Below, piece by piece: positions 1 to 8,840 of a DNA stretch of 34,181 nucleotides. The first letter of the stretch is position 1. Every line of letters begins with the position of its first letter. The notes beneath the pieces are model-generated. The model had not been told where the DNA came from, ran no database searches, and saw only the letters and a list, made by a program, of their open reading frames with translations. The translations under genes were made by a program, and so were the position numbers. Source of the stretch: a virus (Duplodnaviria > Caudoviricetes). The stretch lies in IMG/VR virus record IMGVR_UViG_3300008264_000009, positions 1 to 34,181 of that record; one strand, written 5' to 3'.

Positions 1-1
1 C

Positions 2-448
2 GCCTACGACCAAGCAATGCAGGACTTGGCAAATAACTATGTTTCTCCACAATTCGCCACTTCAGCCGCCGCCCAAGGTCTAACCTTAAAACAGGGCTTA
101 GATGCGGCAAGGGCTGGTCTTTTGGTCAACGCCATAACTGGTGACCCACTAGGTTTGAATGATGTAACTGGAAGCGGTGGGAATACATTTGCCAATCAAG
201 GATTCGCACAAGTGCCGATTCCAGAAGATTGGACTTCTCCGACCTACACTTACAGCCCTGTGCAGAATGTCACTTTTGAGGACTTATTCCCAGGCGTTTC
301 CTTACAGGGAACACAATGGCAAAATATGCCTCAAGCACAGACATTCAATGAGATGTTTGCCTCTGGTCAACAGCAGACCCCAATGGGTTCTCCTGTGGAC
401 ATAAATCAAATTGTGGGGTCAATCCTTGGACAAAGCGCAACGAGCTAA
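2..448 (+). CDS. C-terminal part of Ala/Gln/Gly-rich virion-associated protein (probably the same gene as 33792-34181)
   Basis: Frame is open from base 2 (AYDQAMQDLANN...). Composition and the 'AYDQAMQDLA' unit resemble 'AWDAAAIDLA' at the other contig end. Confidence 0.7.
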   Translation, partial: AYDQAMQDLANNYVSPQFATSAAAQGLTLKQGLDAARAGLLVNAITGDPLGLNDVTGSGGNTFANQGFAQVPIPEDWTSPTYTYSPVQNVTFEDLFPGVSLQGTQWQNMPQAQTFNEMFASGQQQTPMGSPVDINQIVGSILGQSATS

Positions 449-656
449 AAACCTAATCTCCGATGAGTTTTTCATGGGAGAGATTGAGAAGCTAAAGAAC
501 GCAGAACTGGCGGTTATTGTCAATTCTCAGCCTCACAATATTGATGAGCGAGAGGTTGCATATTTGAAAATAAACGCATTACAATCAGTCATAGCGCATT
601 TTGAATCTATGGCAGCTACGAGCGAGATAGCTAAAAAGCGCTGGAAAATCCTCTAA
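426..656 (+). CDS. small helical protein preceding scaffold
   Basis: TTG start at 426 after GGGG (415-418) gives MDKAQRAKNLISDEFF...; this is a typical position between portal and scaffold in podoviruses. Confidence 0.7.
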   Translation: MDKAQRAKNLISDEFFMGEIEKLKNAELAVIVNSQPHNIDEREVAYLKINALQSVIAHFESMAATSEIAKKRWKIL

Positions 657-699
657 CGAGGCGGTGGCCTACTGTTTAGGCTGACAATTTGGGAATCAA

Positions 700-1644
700 A
701 TGAGCGAAAACACGACACCGCAAGGTAGTGGAACGCTGACTGTGGACACAGCAGCAGCAGCATTTCTAGGGATGATGGATTCAGCAGAGGGAGCCGAGAG
801 CCAACCCGAAACTGAGGAAGCGCCAGAGGAATATGTTGATGCCGATGAGCCAGAGTTGGTAGATTCTGAAGAAGCTGAAGAACAGCCTACTCGTACATTC
901 AGGGTGAAAGCCGCTGGAGAGGAGCGAGAAGTAACTGAAACTGAGCTTATTGAGGGCTACCAATTAGGCGCAGATTACACAAAGAAAACCCAAAAACTTG
1001 CTGAAGAACGCAAAGCGGTGGAAGCCGAAAGAGCGAAGATTCAGGAAGCGACAAAATTAAGAGACCAATACGCCCAACGACTGCAAATGATGGAGCAATT
1101 TCTCCAGCAACAGAACAAGGGTGAAAATTTGGAAGCGCTAAAGGAAGTCGACCCTATCGGTTATGCCGTGAAGGTGGCTGAACAGGCACAACGAGAGAAA
1201 CAATTAGCTATTCTGCAACAAGAACAGCAACGCATTGCACAACAGCAACAAGCGGAGCAATCTGAGCGTTTACAGCAACACCTCGCTGAAGAAAGTCAGA
1301 AACTGACTAGCCTAATTCCTGGTTACGGCGACCCTAAGTCTGGCGACCAAATCCGCAAGGATATTCGTGAGTATGCCAAGTCTATCGGTTGGAGTGACCA
1401 AGAGCTTTCAAATCTGTATGACTCTCGGGCTGTTTTGAGTCTGTATCAGGGAATGAAGTACGCCAAACTTCAGAGCAATAAACCCGCAATCGCTAAAAAG
1501 GTTGAGGCTGCTCCGAAGATGCTAAAGGCAGGTACATCAGTTCCTCGAAATGCAGAAGCAGAACAGAACAAAAAACTTCACCAGAAGTTGCGTCAATCTG
1601 GCAAAGTCCGTGATGCAGCTTTACTCTTTGAAAAATTCTTGTAA
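700..1644 (+). CDS. capsid scaffolding protein
   Basis: Acidic N-terminus, 'KAAGEEREV..EL..GY...ADYTKKTQKLAEERK' motif and Gln-rich coiled coil; lies directly upstream of the capsid gene. Confidence 0.85.
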   Translation: MSENTTPQGSGTLTVDTAAAAFLGMMDSAEGAESQPETEEAPEEYVDADEPELVDSEEAEEQPTRTFRVKAAGEEREVTETELIEGYQLGADYTKKTQKLAEERKAVEAERAKIQEATKLRDQYAQRLQMMEQFLQQQNKGENLEALKEVDPIGYAVKVAEQAQREKQLAILQQEQQRIAQQQQAEQSERLQQHLAEESQKLTSLIPGYGDPKSGDQIRKDIREYAKSIGWSDQELSNLYDSRAVLSLYQGMKYAKLQSNKPAIAKKVEAAPKMLKAGTSVPRNAEAEQNKKLHQKLRQSGKVRDAALLFEKFL

Positions 1645-1653
1645 GGAATCGAA

Positions 1654-2604
1654 ATGGCTACCTATCAAACCTACCAATCTATCGGCAATCGTGAAGACTT
1701 GTCGGATGTTATCTATAACATTTCTCCAACAGACACTCCCCTGTTGAACACTTTGGCTCGTGGCAAAGCTACCGCCGTTTACCATGAGTGGCAAACTGAC
1801 AGCCTGTCAGCCGCTACTACTGCAAACGCCGCAGTTGAAGGTGCTGACGCTTCTGACGCCACTATGTCTCCCACAACCCGTTTGGGCAACTACACTCAAA
1901 TCGTTCAGAAAACTATCAAGATTTCTGGCACTTTGGAGTCTGTTGACAAAGCTGGTCGTAAGAGCGAAAAAGCCTACCAATTGAGCAAGGCTTCTGCTGA
2001 GTTGAAGCGTGACATTGAAACCATCTTGACTGCTAACCAAGGCCGTTCTGCTGGTGATGCCTCGACTGCTCGTACTATGGGCGCAATGTTGTCTTGGATT
2101 AAGACCAACACTAACAAATCGTCTGGTACTACCGCAGGTGTTGACCCCACCACTATCGGTGTGTCTACCCGTACCGATGGCACTCAGCGTGCTTTCACCG
2201 AAACCATCTTGAAGGATGTGGTTCAGAAGGTTTATTCTTCTGGCGGCAACCCCAAGATTTTGATGGTTGGCCCATTCCAGAAGCAAGCCGTTTCGTCTTT
2301 CGCTGGTATCGCAGCACAGCGTTACATGGCTCCTGGCAACGAACCCACCACCATTATCGGTGCGGCTGATGTGTACATGAGCGACTTCGGCACTATGTCT
2401 GTGGTTCCTAACCGCTTCATGCGTACCCGTGACGCTTTGGTGCTTGACCCAGAATACGCAGCAGTTGCTTACTTGCGCCCATTCTCCACAATCGAATTGG
2501 CTAAAGCTGGTGACGCAGAGAAAACTCAGATTTTGGCTGAGTTGACTTTGGAAATGCGTAACGAAGCTGCTCACGGCATTGCCGCTGACTTGTCTACTTC
2601 TTAA
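1654..2604 (+). CDS. major capsid protein (DUF5309/SU10-like)
   Basis: 'GNREDLSDVIYNISPTDTP', 'HEWQTDSL', 'ELKRDIE' and 'DFGTMSVVPNRF' motifs; strong SD (TAAGGA) and strongly biased codon use. Confidence 0.92.
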   Translation: MATYQTYQSIGNREDLSDVIYNISPTDTPLLNTLARGKATAVYHEWQTDSLSAATTANAAVEGADASDATMSPTTRLGNYTQIVQKTIKISGTLESVDKAGRKSEKAYQLSKASAELKRDIETILTANQGRSAGDASTARTMGAMLSWIKTNTNKSSGTTAGVDPTTIGVSTRTDGTQRAFTETILKDVVQKVYSSGGNPKILMVGPFQKQAVSSFAGIAAQRYMAPGNEPTTIIGAADVYMSDFGTMSVVPNRFMRTRDALVLDPEYAAVAYLRPFSTIELAKAGDAEKTQILAELTLEMRNEAAHGIAADLSTS

Positions 2605-2610
2605 TCACAC

Positions 2611-2636
2611 GGGGGGCTAATCACCCCCCTTCTTCT
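2611..2636 (+). terminator. probable intrinsic terminator/attenuator after capsid gene
   Basis: GGGGGG-ctaatca-CCCCCC hairpin followed by TTCTTCT, 7 nt after the capsid stop. Confidence 0.6.
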
Positions 2637-2945
2637 ATGCGCCACATAGCAACACAAAACGGTAAAGAAACTAATTTCCACGATGTTGATGGGAATCACT
2701 TTATCGAGACCAAGCAGGATATTTCTGCGATTCTCGAAAGCAACAAGGCTCAATTCAATGCTATTGATGAACGAGCCAAATGGGGTGAATGGACAAAGAT
2801 TGCCAGCTTGCCTAATGTTGTGATTGATGACTTGAACAGACAAGGAATCATGCGAGGTTTTGCTGTTGTGGATGAGAAAAGATTTCGGACTTTCTTAAAT
2901 AACCCTGATAATCGGTTCTTCAGAACTCGACCAGGACAGATATGA
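2637..2945 (+). CDS. conserved phage hypothetical protein
   Basis: 'KIASLPNVVI' and 'FLNNPDNRFFRT' motifs; coupled to the next gene by ATGA overlap. Confidence 0.75.
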   Translation: MRHIATQNGKETNFHDVDGNHFIETKQDISAILESNKAQFNAIDERAKWGEWTKIASLPNVVIDDLNRQGIMRGFAVVDEKRFRTFLNNPDNRFFRTRPGQI

Positions 2946-3562
2946 AAGTTGCCATTTGCGTACCCTGCCGTGACACAGTTATGACAGGGTTTGCTTTTGA
3001 CCTAGCGAAACTCTGCGCTTATGAAGGCGTGACAAGATGTGCAAAAGGTGGCTCGTTGATGATTTATCAAGTGCCTGGCACTTTGATATTCAACCAGCGT
3101 GAGCGACTTGCGGAAGAAGCACTCAAAGATGGTGCGGATGCGATTCTTTGGATTGACTCAGATATGAGGTTTCCTAAAGATGCGCTTCAGATTCTTCTCT
3201 CCCGTAAGTTACCCATTGTTGGGGTCAATGCGACTACCCGCCGTTTCCCTGTTTTGCCGACCGCTTTGGACTACGACCAAGAAACAAAAGACTTGGTTAA
3301 GGTAACGAGCAAGGACAAGACGGGTCTTGAGCAAGTGTTGGGTTTAGGTTTTGGGATGGTTCTTATCAAAAAAGAAGTGTTCCAGAAAGTCGAAAAGCCT
3401 TGGTTTTGGTTTGAACAAACCGACAAAGGTGGGACAATTGGGGAAGATATTTACTTTTGTGTGAAAGCGTTTGACAAAGGGTTTAAGACTGTTTTAGACC
3501 ACGACCTTTCAAAGCACATCAGGCATATCGGAACTTACGAATATGGTTGGGATGATGTATGA
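2942..3562 (+). CDS. GT-A fold (GT2-like) glycosyltransferase
   Basis: N-terminal 'VAICVP', DxD motif 'LWIDSDM', 'GFGMVLIKKEVF', 'GEDIYFC' and C-terminal 'HIG'. Confidence 0.8.
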   Translation: MKVAICVPCRDTVMTGFAFDLAKLCAYEGVTRCAKGGSLMIYQVPGTLIFNQRERLAEEALKDGADAILWIDSDMRFPKDALQILLSRKLPIVGVNATTRRFPVLPTALDYDQETKDLVKVTSKDKTGLEQVLGLGFGMVLIKKEVFQKVEKPWFWFEQTDKGGTIGEDIYFCVKAFDKGFKTVLDHDLSKHIRHIGTYEYGWDDV

Positions 3563-4179
3563 GCATAGCGACTTACTCAGATTTGAAAACTAAGGTTGCC
3601 TCTTACTTGGCTCGTACAGACTTGACTAGCCAAATTGAGGATTTCGTTCGGTTCGCAGAGTTACGCTTGCGTAGAGAGTTGCGAATCAGACAAATGTTGA
3701 AATCTGTCACAACTACCACGACAGGCGGTGATTCGACTGTTGAGCTACCAAGCGACTTTCTAGAGGTTAGAGACTTTTATGTTTCTACCAATCCGATTCA
3801 GCCTTTGACTTTCTCTAGCCCTGCTATTTTTAGTCGAAACACTAAGACCACTCAGAGTGGCAAGCCATTAGATTACACAGTCTTGGCTTCAGAGTTTAAG
3901 TTGGCTCCTGTGCCTGACTCCACTTATACATTGGAACTGCTTTACTACGCAGCGCCCACATTTATGAGTGACTCAAATTCAAGTAATGTGTTCATGGCAA
4001 ATGCGCCTGATGCGTTACTTTACGCCTCGTTGTTAGAGGCCGAGCCTTATTTGATGAATGATGCTCGAATCCAAACATGGGGTTCTTTGTACGACAGAGC
4101 AATCTCCACACTTTCCACATCCGATGAGAGTTCTCAATATTCGGGTGTTCCTCTTTCAATGTCTTTCGCAACGAGGTAA
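3559..4179 (+). CDS. head-tail adaptor / tail tubular protein A-like
   Basis: 'TYSDLKTKVASYLARTDL', 'LPSDFLE', 'LAPVPD..Y' and 'PDALLYASL' motifs; position after capsid. Confidence 0.75.
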   Translation: MSIATYSDLKTKVASYLARTDLTSQIEDFVRFAELRLRRELRIRQMLKSVTTTTTGGDSTVELPSDFLEVRDFYVSTNPIQPLTFSSPAIFSRNTKTTQSGKPLDYTVLASEFKLAPVPDSTYTLELLYYAAPTFMSDSNSSNVFMANAPDALLYASLLEAEPYLMNDARIQTWGSLYDRAISTLSTSDESSQYSGVPLSMSFATR

Positions 4180-4182
4180 ATC

Positions 4183-4569
4183 ATGGCTGAAATGTCAAAT
4201 TATCTAGAGAACGCTCTTATTAACGCTACCCTGCGTAATACGAGCTACACAAGCCCAACGACTGTTTATGTGGCGCTTTACACAAGCGACCCAACTGATG
4301 CTGATTCAGGTACTGAGTGCTCTGGCACTTCATACGCTCGTCAGGCTGTGACTTTCGGCGCTCCTTCTAACGGAGTGTCGACAAACTCAGCCGCTGTTGA
4401 ATTCCCTCAAGCTGGTGGCTCATGGGGAACGATTACCCATATCGGTATTCGTGACGCATCGACCTCTGGCAACCTTCTGTATCACACAGCCCTAGATGCT
4501 TCTAAAACCATCGCCACGGGTGATGTGTTCAAGATTGCCTCTGGTTCTCTGAGCGTTACATTGGCGTAA
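4183..4569 (+). CDS. virion structural / tail-associated protein
   Basis: 'SNYLENALIN', 'YVALYTSDP', 'YARQAVTF' and 'WGTITHIGIRDASTSGNLL' motifs, common in phage tail-associated proteins. Confidence 0.75.
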   Translation: MAEMSNYLENALINATLRNTSYTSPTTVYVALYTSDPTDADSGTECSGTSYARQAVTFGAPSNGVSTNSAAVEFPQAGGSWGTITHIGIRDASTSGNLLYHTALDASKTIATGDVFKIASGSLSVTLA

Positions 4570-5456
4570 TGGCTGACCTGCTCCCACCTTGGTCAATTGA
4601 CTCGCTTGACAACTTAAAAGCGAGTATTGACCAACTTACCCTGTCGTTAGATAGTCCTCTTTATCAAACCTCGGTAACTTTGTGGGATGCGTATGGTTCA
4701 GTTAACGCCTCGGCTACTGTTTCCGCTGATGCGATAAGAGTTCAGTTAGCCGCCGCCTCGATTACAGCCTCTGCAAGCGCTTCATGTGATGCGACTAGAG
4801 TTCAGTATGCCTCTGGAGATATATCGGCTTCTAGCACCGTTTCCTGCGATGCAACGAGGGTTCAGTTTGCTTCTGGTTCTGTTGACGCTTCTGCCACAGT
4901 AACAGCGGCTGGAACAAGAGTTCAGTTTGGTTCTGGTGCGGTTGATGCGTCAGCTACTGTAACGGCTCAAGGCATCAGAGTTCAATTCGGTGCTGGTTCT
5001 GTTACCGCTGACGCTACTGTTACTTGTTTAGGTGGCATTGTAGCGAGTGGAAGTGCGGATATATCTGCTGCGGCTACTGTAACGGCAGAGGCTATCCGAG
5101 TCCGTGAGGCTGTTGGGTCAATAACTGGAACGGCAACAGTAAGCGCCTTGGGTGGCATCATTGCTGATGGCACAGCCCAAATCTCTTGTGAAGCAACAGT
5201 CGAGGCTAACGCTTATGGAATATTTGACTTTTCTGCGAGTATTTCTGGCAACTCTACTGTTACTTGCAATGGGGTGCGTCTGGGCGATAATTGGTCTGAC
5301 ATTTCTGTTGGCGACAATACTTGGGATGATGTGTCGCAAAATAACAACACATGGACACAAATTAGCGTAAGCGATAACACATGGTCGGATGTTTCAGCCA
5401 ACTCAAACACATGGTCTGAAGTGTCGCAAAATAACAACACTTGGTTAAGGCAATGA
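4569..5456 (+). CDS. repetitive Ala/Ser/Thr-rich virion protein (fibre/spike-like)
   Basis: About ten 20-aa repeats followed by about six 10-aa W-containing repeats; TAATG coupling with the upstream gene. Confidence 0.8.
   Translation: MADLLPPWSIDSLDNLKASIDQLTLSLDSPLYQTSVTLWDAYGSVNASATVSADAIRVQLAAASITASASASCDATRVQYASGDISASSTVSCDATRVQFASGSVDASATVTAAGTRVQFGSGAVDASATVTAQGIRVQFGAGSVTADATVTCLGGIVASGSADISAAATVTAEAIRVREAVGSITGTATVSALGGIIADGTAQISCEATVEANAYGIFDFSASISGNSTVTCNGVRLGDNWSDISVGDNTWDDVSQNNNTWTQISVSDNTWSDVSANSNTWSEVSQNNNTWLRQ
4700..5285 (+). repeat. 60-nt (20-aa) tandem coding repeat, RVQFxSGxVxASATVTxxxx
   Basis: Sequence at 4741, 4801, 4861, 4921 and 4981 each begins TTCA and is preceded by AGAG/AGGG; the period continues in degenerate form. 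Confidence 0.9.
5287..5445 (+). repeat. 30-nt (10-aa) tandem coding repeat, NTWxxVSxxx
   Basis: DNWSDISVG/DNTWDDVSQN/NNTWTQISVS/DNTWSDVSAN/SNTWSEVSQN/NNTW; exact 20-mer GTGTCGCAAAATAACAACAC at 5331 and 5421. Confidence 0.9.
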
Positions 5457-5457
5457 T

Positions 5458-7104
5458 ATGCAAAGAATCGCAATGGGTGAATGGCTACCCGACCAGCCTG
5501 GTCTAATCGGTGGGATTACTGTTGCATCGAATTGCTATCCCACATCTACTGGTTACGCTCCTTTTCCTCAAGAGGCTGATTTCTCTGCCGCTGCCGCTGA
5601 GAATCTCAGTTCTCTTGTGTATGTCAAGAATCAATCTGGTACTGCAAAACTCTACGCTGCTGGTCTGACAAAAATCTATTCTGTGGATTCTGTTGGTGCG
5701 CTTACTCAGGCTTGGTATCAGACAGGTACTTACTCACAAAGTGGAAGCACGACTTTGACTGTGACAGCTACGGCTCACGGCTTTAAGACGGGGGATTCTG
5801 CTTATCTGAACTTCACAAGTGGAACAGCCGCTGATGGTCAATTTACTGTAACCAAGGTGGATGCCAACAGTTTCACAGTTACGACCACTTCAGCGACAAC
5901 TAGCGGTAATGTGCAGATTTCTCAGACTGTGAACGGATATAGCACTCCTGCTAACAATATCTTCAGATTCACAAAGTTCGGTAGTCTTGTTATCGGAACA
6001 AACTTCTCCGAAAGATTGCAGTATCTCAATGCTGATGGTGGGACTTCGTTTAAGAATCTCTCCGATGATGCGCCTGTTGCTAAGTTCATTACTGTGGTTC
6101 GTGACTTTGTAGTGGTTGCTCACTTGCAAGAATCCTCAACTACTAAGCCGTTTAAGGTTCAATGGTCTGGCATTAACGCTGAATCTAGTTGGACAGCAAG
6201 CCAAACCACTCAATCAGATTCTCAGGAACTGGCAGATGGTGGACATATCAAAGGTATCCGTGGCGGTGAATATGGCCTCATCCTGATGGAAAAAGGCATT
6301 TACCGCATGACTTATGTCGGAACGCCTTTCGTATTCCAGTTTGACAACATTTCCCGTGGTAAAGGATGTGTGGCTGAAGGCTCAATCTGTCAGTATGACG
6401 CATTGACTTTCTTCTTGTCTGACGATGGTTTTTATGTATGCGATGGTCAGCAAGTCGTACCAATCGGTGCGGAAAAGGTCGACCGCTTTTTCTTTGAGGA
6501 TGCAGACTTAGACCTAACCACAATGTCCTCTGCGGCTGACCCTATCCGTAAACTCGTTATCTGGAACTACAAGAATAAGTTTGCGGTTCGTAAGATGATT
6601 GTTTACAACGTGGTTACTAAGAAGTGGAGCCAACTAGACGCTACCGCTGACTATATTTCGGATGCCTCAACCGCCTCGGTGACTTTGGAGCAATTGGATA
6701 GCGTGAGCGCCTCTTTAGATGCTTTGCCTACCCCAATGGATTCGCCACTTTATGCTGGTGGTAAGTTCTTCTTAGGTGGGACTGACGGGACTAAAGTGAT
6801 TACTTTTAACGGATTGCCAAAGTCTGCTGTTTTGGAGACAGGTGACATTTCCACAGGTGGAATGGCGATGGTTAACCTTGCCAAACCTCAAGTGGACAAT
6901 GGTTCTGCGACTGTTGCCTTGGCTTCTCGACTTCTCCTAAACGAGAATGTCACTTACGGAAGCGATGTGGCGGCTGACTCTGACAATCGTGTTTCTATGC
7001 GGGGTGCAGGAAGATACCACCGACTGCGAGTTAAGCCTACTGGTGACAACTGGAAAATGGCTGTGGCGGTAGATGTTGAAGTTATCCCGATGGGGTCTCG
7101 ATAA
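5458..7104 (+). CDS. tail tubular B / DNA stabilisation (P22 gp10-like) protein
   Basis: 'GEWLPDQP' start, beta-propeller-like 'VQWSGIN', 'FQFDNISRGKGC' and 'FFLSDDGFY..DG....IGAEKVDRFF', C-terminal 'GRYHRLRV'. Confidence 0.8.
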   Translation: MQRIAMGEWLPDQPGLIGGITVASNCYPTSTGYAPFPQEADFSAAAAENLSSLVYVKNQSGTAKLYAAGLTKIYSVDSVGALTQAWYQTGTYSQSGSTTLTVTATAHGFKTGDSAYLNFTSGTAADGQFTVTKVDANSFTVTTTSATTSGNVQISQTVNGYSTPANNIFRFTKFGSLVIGTNFSERLQYLNADGGTSFKNLSDDAPVAKFITVVRDFVVVAHLQESSTTKPFKVQWSGINAESSWTASQTTQSDSQELADGGHIKGIRGGEYGLILMEKGIYRMTYVGTPFVFQFDNISRGKGCVAEGSICQYDALTFFLSDDGFYVCDGQQVVPIGAEKVDRFFFEDADLDLTTMSSAADPIRKLVIWNYKNKFAVRKMIVYNVVTKKWSQLDATADYISDASTASVTLEQLDSVSASLDALPTPMDSPLYAGGKFFLGGTDGTKVITFNGLPKSAVLETGDISTGGMAMVNLAKPQVDNGSATVALASRLLLNENVTYGSDVAADSDNRVSMRGAGRYHRLRVKPTGDNWKMAVAVDVEVIPMGSR

Positions 7105-7898
7105 TGTTTAGGCTTCTTCCGATATTCGGTTCAGACCCGAGGGCTACCGCTGAGATAGTCAACGGGATTATGAATGGCAAGACGAACAATCATGGGACTG
7201 TGACGCTTGCCACGGGAAACGCCACGACCACAACTTTGACTGACGAGCGAATCAGCCCAACGACAAAGATTATTCTGATTCCGTTCTCGTCTGCGGCTTT
7301 TACTGACTCGACTCCTTATGGGGCTTTTCAGGATTCCACAGACCAAACAGCGGCATCGACCACGGCTGCTTATGCGGTAACTTTTAACACCACAGACTTT
7401 TCTCACGGGATTTCTGTTGTCAGTAATTCTAGGATTACAGCTAAAAGTTACGGAATCTACAACGCACAATTCAGCCTTCAGTTCGCCAATACTGACAGCC
7501 AGATTCAGGATATTGATATTTGGTTTACCAAGAATGGCACGAATATAGCCAACTCAAACAGCCGTTTTTCTGTTCCTAACTCTCATGGTGGAACTGATGG
7601 GCATTTGATTGCTGCCCTGAATTTCTGGATTGAACTGAACGCAAACGACTATTTTGAGCTAATGTGGCGCACGACTAGCACAGCGGTTTCTATCCAGCAG
7701 ATTCCGACCCAGACTAGTCCGACAAGACCCGCCACCCCGTCTGCGATTTTGACTGTGAACTTTGCCTCGTCAAATGGGACAAATGCCGCAGGGGATTACG
7801 GGGTTTACGCAAGCGCCCAGACTAAGGGAAGTGCGACCTTAACCCACTTTGCAAACTCAACTTCCGACAAAACTTATGCTTACATTTTGGTAGGCTAG
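7104..7898 (+). CDS. tail-associated protein with central C1q/TNF-like beta domain
   Basis: 'PYGAFQD..DQ......AVTFN', 'GIYNAQFSLQF' and 'L.ANDYFELMW' pattern; TAATG coupling. Confidence 0.65.
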   Translation: MFRLLPIFGSDPRATAEIVNGIMNGKTNNHGTVTLATGNATTTTLTDERISPTTKIILIPFSSAAFTDSTPYGAFQDSTDQTAASTTAAYAVTFNTTDFSHGISVVSNSRITAKSYGIYNAQFSLQFANTDSQIQDIDIWFTKNGTNIANSNSRFSVPNSHGGTDGHLIAALNFWIELNANDYFELMWRTTSTAVSIQQIPTQTSPTRPATPSAILTVNFASSNGTNAAGDYGVYASAQTKGSATLTHFANSTSDKTYAYILVG

Positions 7899-7908
7899 TG
7901 TATATAAT
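7879..7908 (+). promoter_or_regulatory. candidate sigma70 promoter for ejection genes
   Basis: CTTACA (7879-84), 18 nt, then perfect TATAAT (7903-08), at the start of one of the few intergenic gaps of the structural operon. Confidence 0.45.
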
Positions 7909-7958
7909 TGGCTCCGTGGATGACCCGCCTCGGAGTCCCTTGAAAGAAAGGTGCTTTT

Positions 7959-8840
7959 ATGGCAATCGAAACCGCAACAACATCATCCACAACACAGATT
8001 GACCCAACAGTTCAGCCGTTCATAAAGTACGGCCTAACAGAGGCGCAACGCCTTTACCAAGCTGGTGGGCCTCAGTTCTTTACAGGTCAGGGTTATGTTG
8101 GCCCATCACAGGCTACCCAAACAGGTTTAGCGGCACTTCAAGCCAGAGCCGCTGCTGGTAGCCCTTTAACTGGTGCTGCACAGAATCAACTTTACGGAAC
8201 GATTCAGGGTGATTATCTTGGTGGAAATCCTTTCTTTCAGGGTGCTTTTCAACCTGCTGCACAAGCCGCTACAACTCAGTTCAATAAAGCAATTGGTGAC
8301 ATTTCGTCAGCCGCTTCAAAGGCTGGTCGTTACGGCTCTGGTGCAATGACAAACCTTCAGAATCAAGCTGCCACTACTTTGGCAAATAGTCTGACAGGCA
8401 CAGCAGGACAATTGGCTTATCAGAATTACGCCGCAGAGCGTGCTCGTCAGCAATCAGCAACAATGGCGGCTCCTGAATTGGCTCAAGCTGATTACGCAGA
8501 CATTAACAAGATGTTGGCAGCAGGTCAGTTTGGTGAAGGCTATGAACAGCAAGCACTAGAGGCGGCTAAACAGAAGTTTGCTTACGAGCAGAATCTGCCA
8601 CAAGCACAACTCCAAACCTACTTGTCGAATATTGGTGCGGTTCCAAGAGGAACAACCTCAACATCACAAACGCCTTTCTACACTAACCCTCTGGCGACAA
8701 ACCTCGGAACAGGTTTGTTAGGGCTTCAGCTTTTGAACAAAGCCTCTCCATATCTTCAGAGTGGTTACAACTTCTTAACTGGTGGTGGTTCGTCATACAC
8801 AGGTTCAAGCGACCTTGACCGTTTGATTGGATTAGCATAA
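7959..8840 (+). CDS. internal virion / DNA ejection protein
   Basis: Gly/Ala/Gln-rich helical protein, 'GRYGSGA' motif; first of three genes between tail and fibre, as for P22 ejection proteins. Confidence 0.7.
   Translation: MAIETATTSSTTQIDPTVQPFIKYGLTEAQRLYQAGGPQFFTGQGYVGPSQATQTGLAALQARAAAGSPLTGAAQNQLYGTIQGDYLGGNPFFQGAFQPAAQAATTQFNKAIGDISSAASKAGRYGSGAMTNLQNQAATTLANSLTGTAGQLAYQNYAAERARQQSATMAAPELAQADYADINKMLAAGQFGEGYEQQALEAAKQKFAYEQNLPQAQLQTYLSNIGAVPRGTTSTSQTPFYTNPLATNLGTGLLGLQLLNKASPYLQSGYNFLTGGGSSYTGSSDLDRLIGLA

Noticed and set aside
1807-2574. 255-aa antisense ORF in the capsid gene (likewise 32984-33586 in the portal)
   Set aside because: Shadow ORFs caused by codon bias on the coding strand; no start signals or motifs.
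5287-5445. Regularly spaced repeats as a possible mini-CRISPR array
   Set aside because: The period is 30 nt, the units are degenerate at codon third positions and in frame in a protein, and there are no unique spacers or cas genes.
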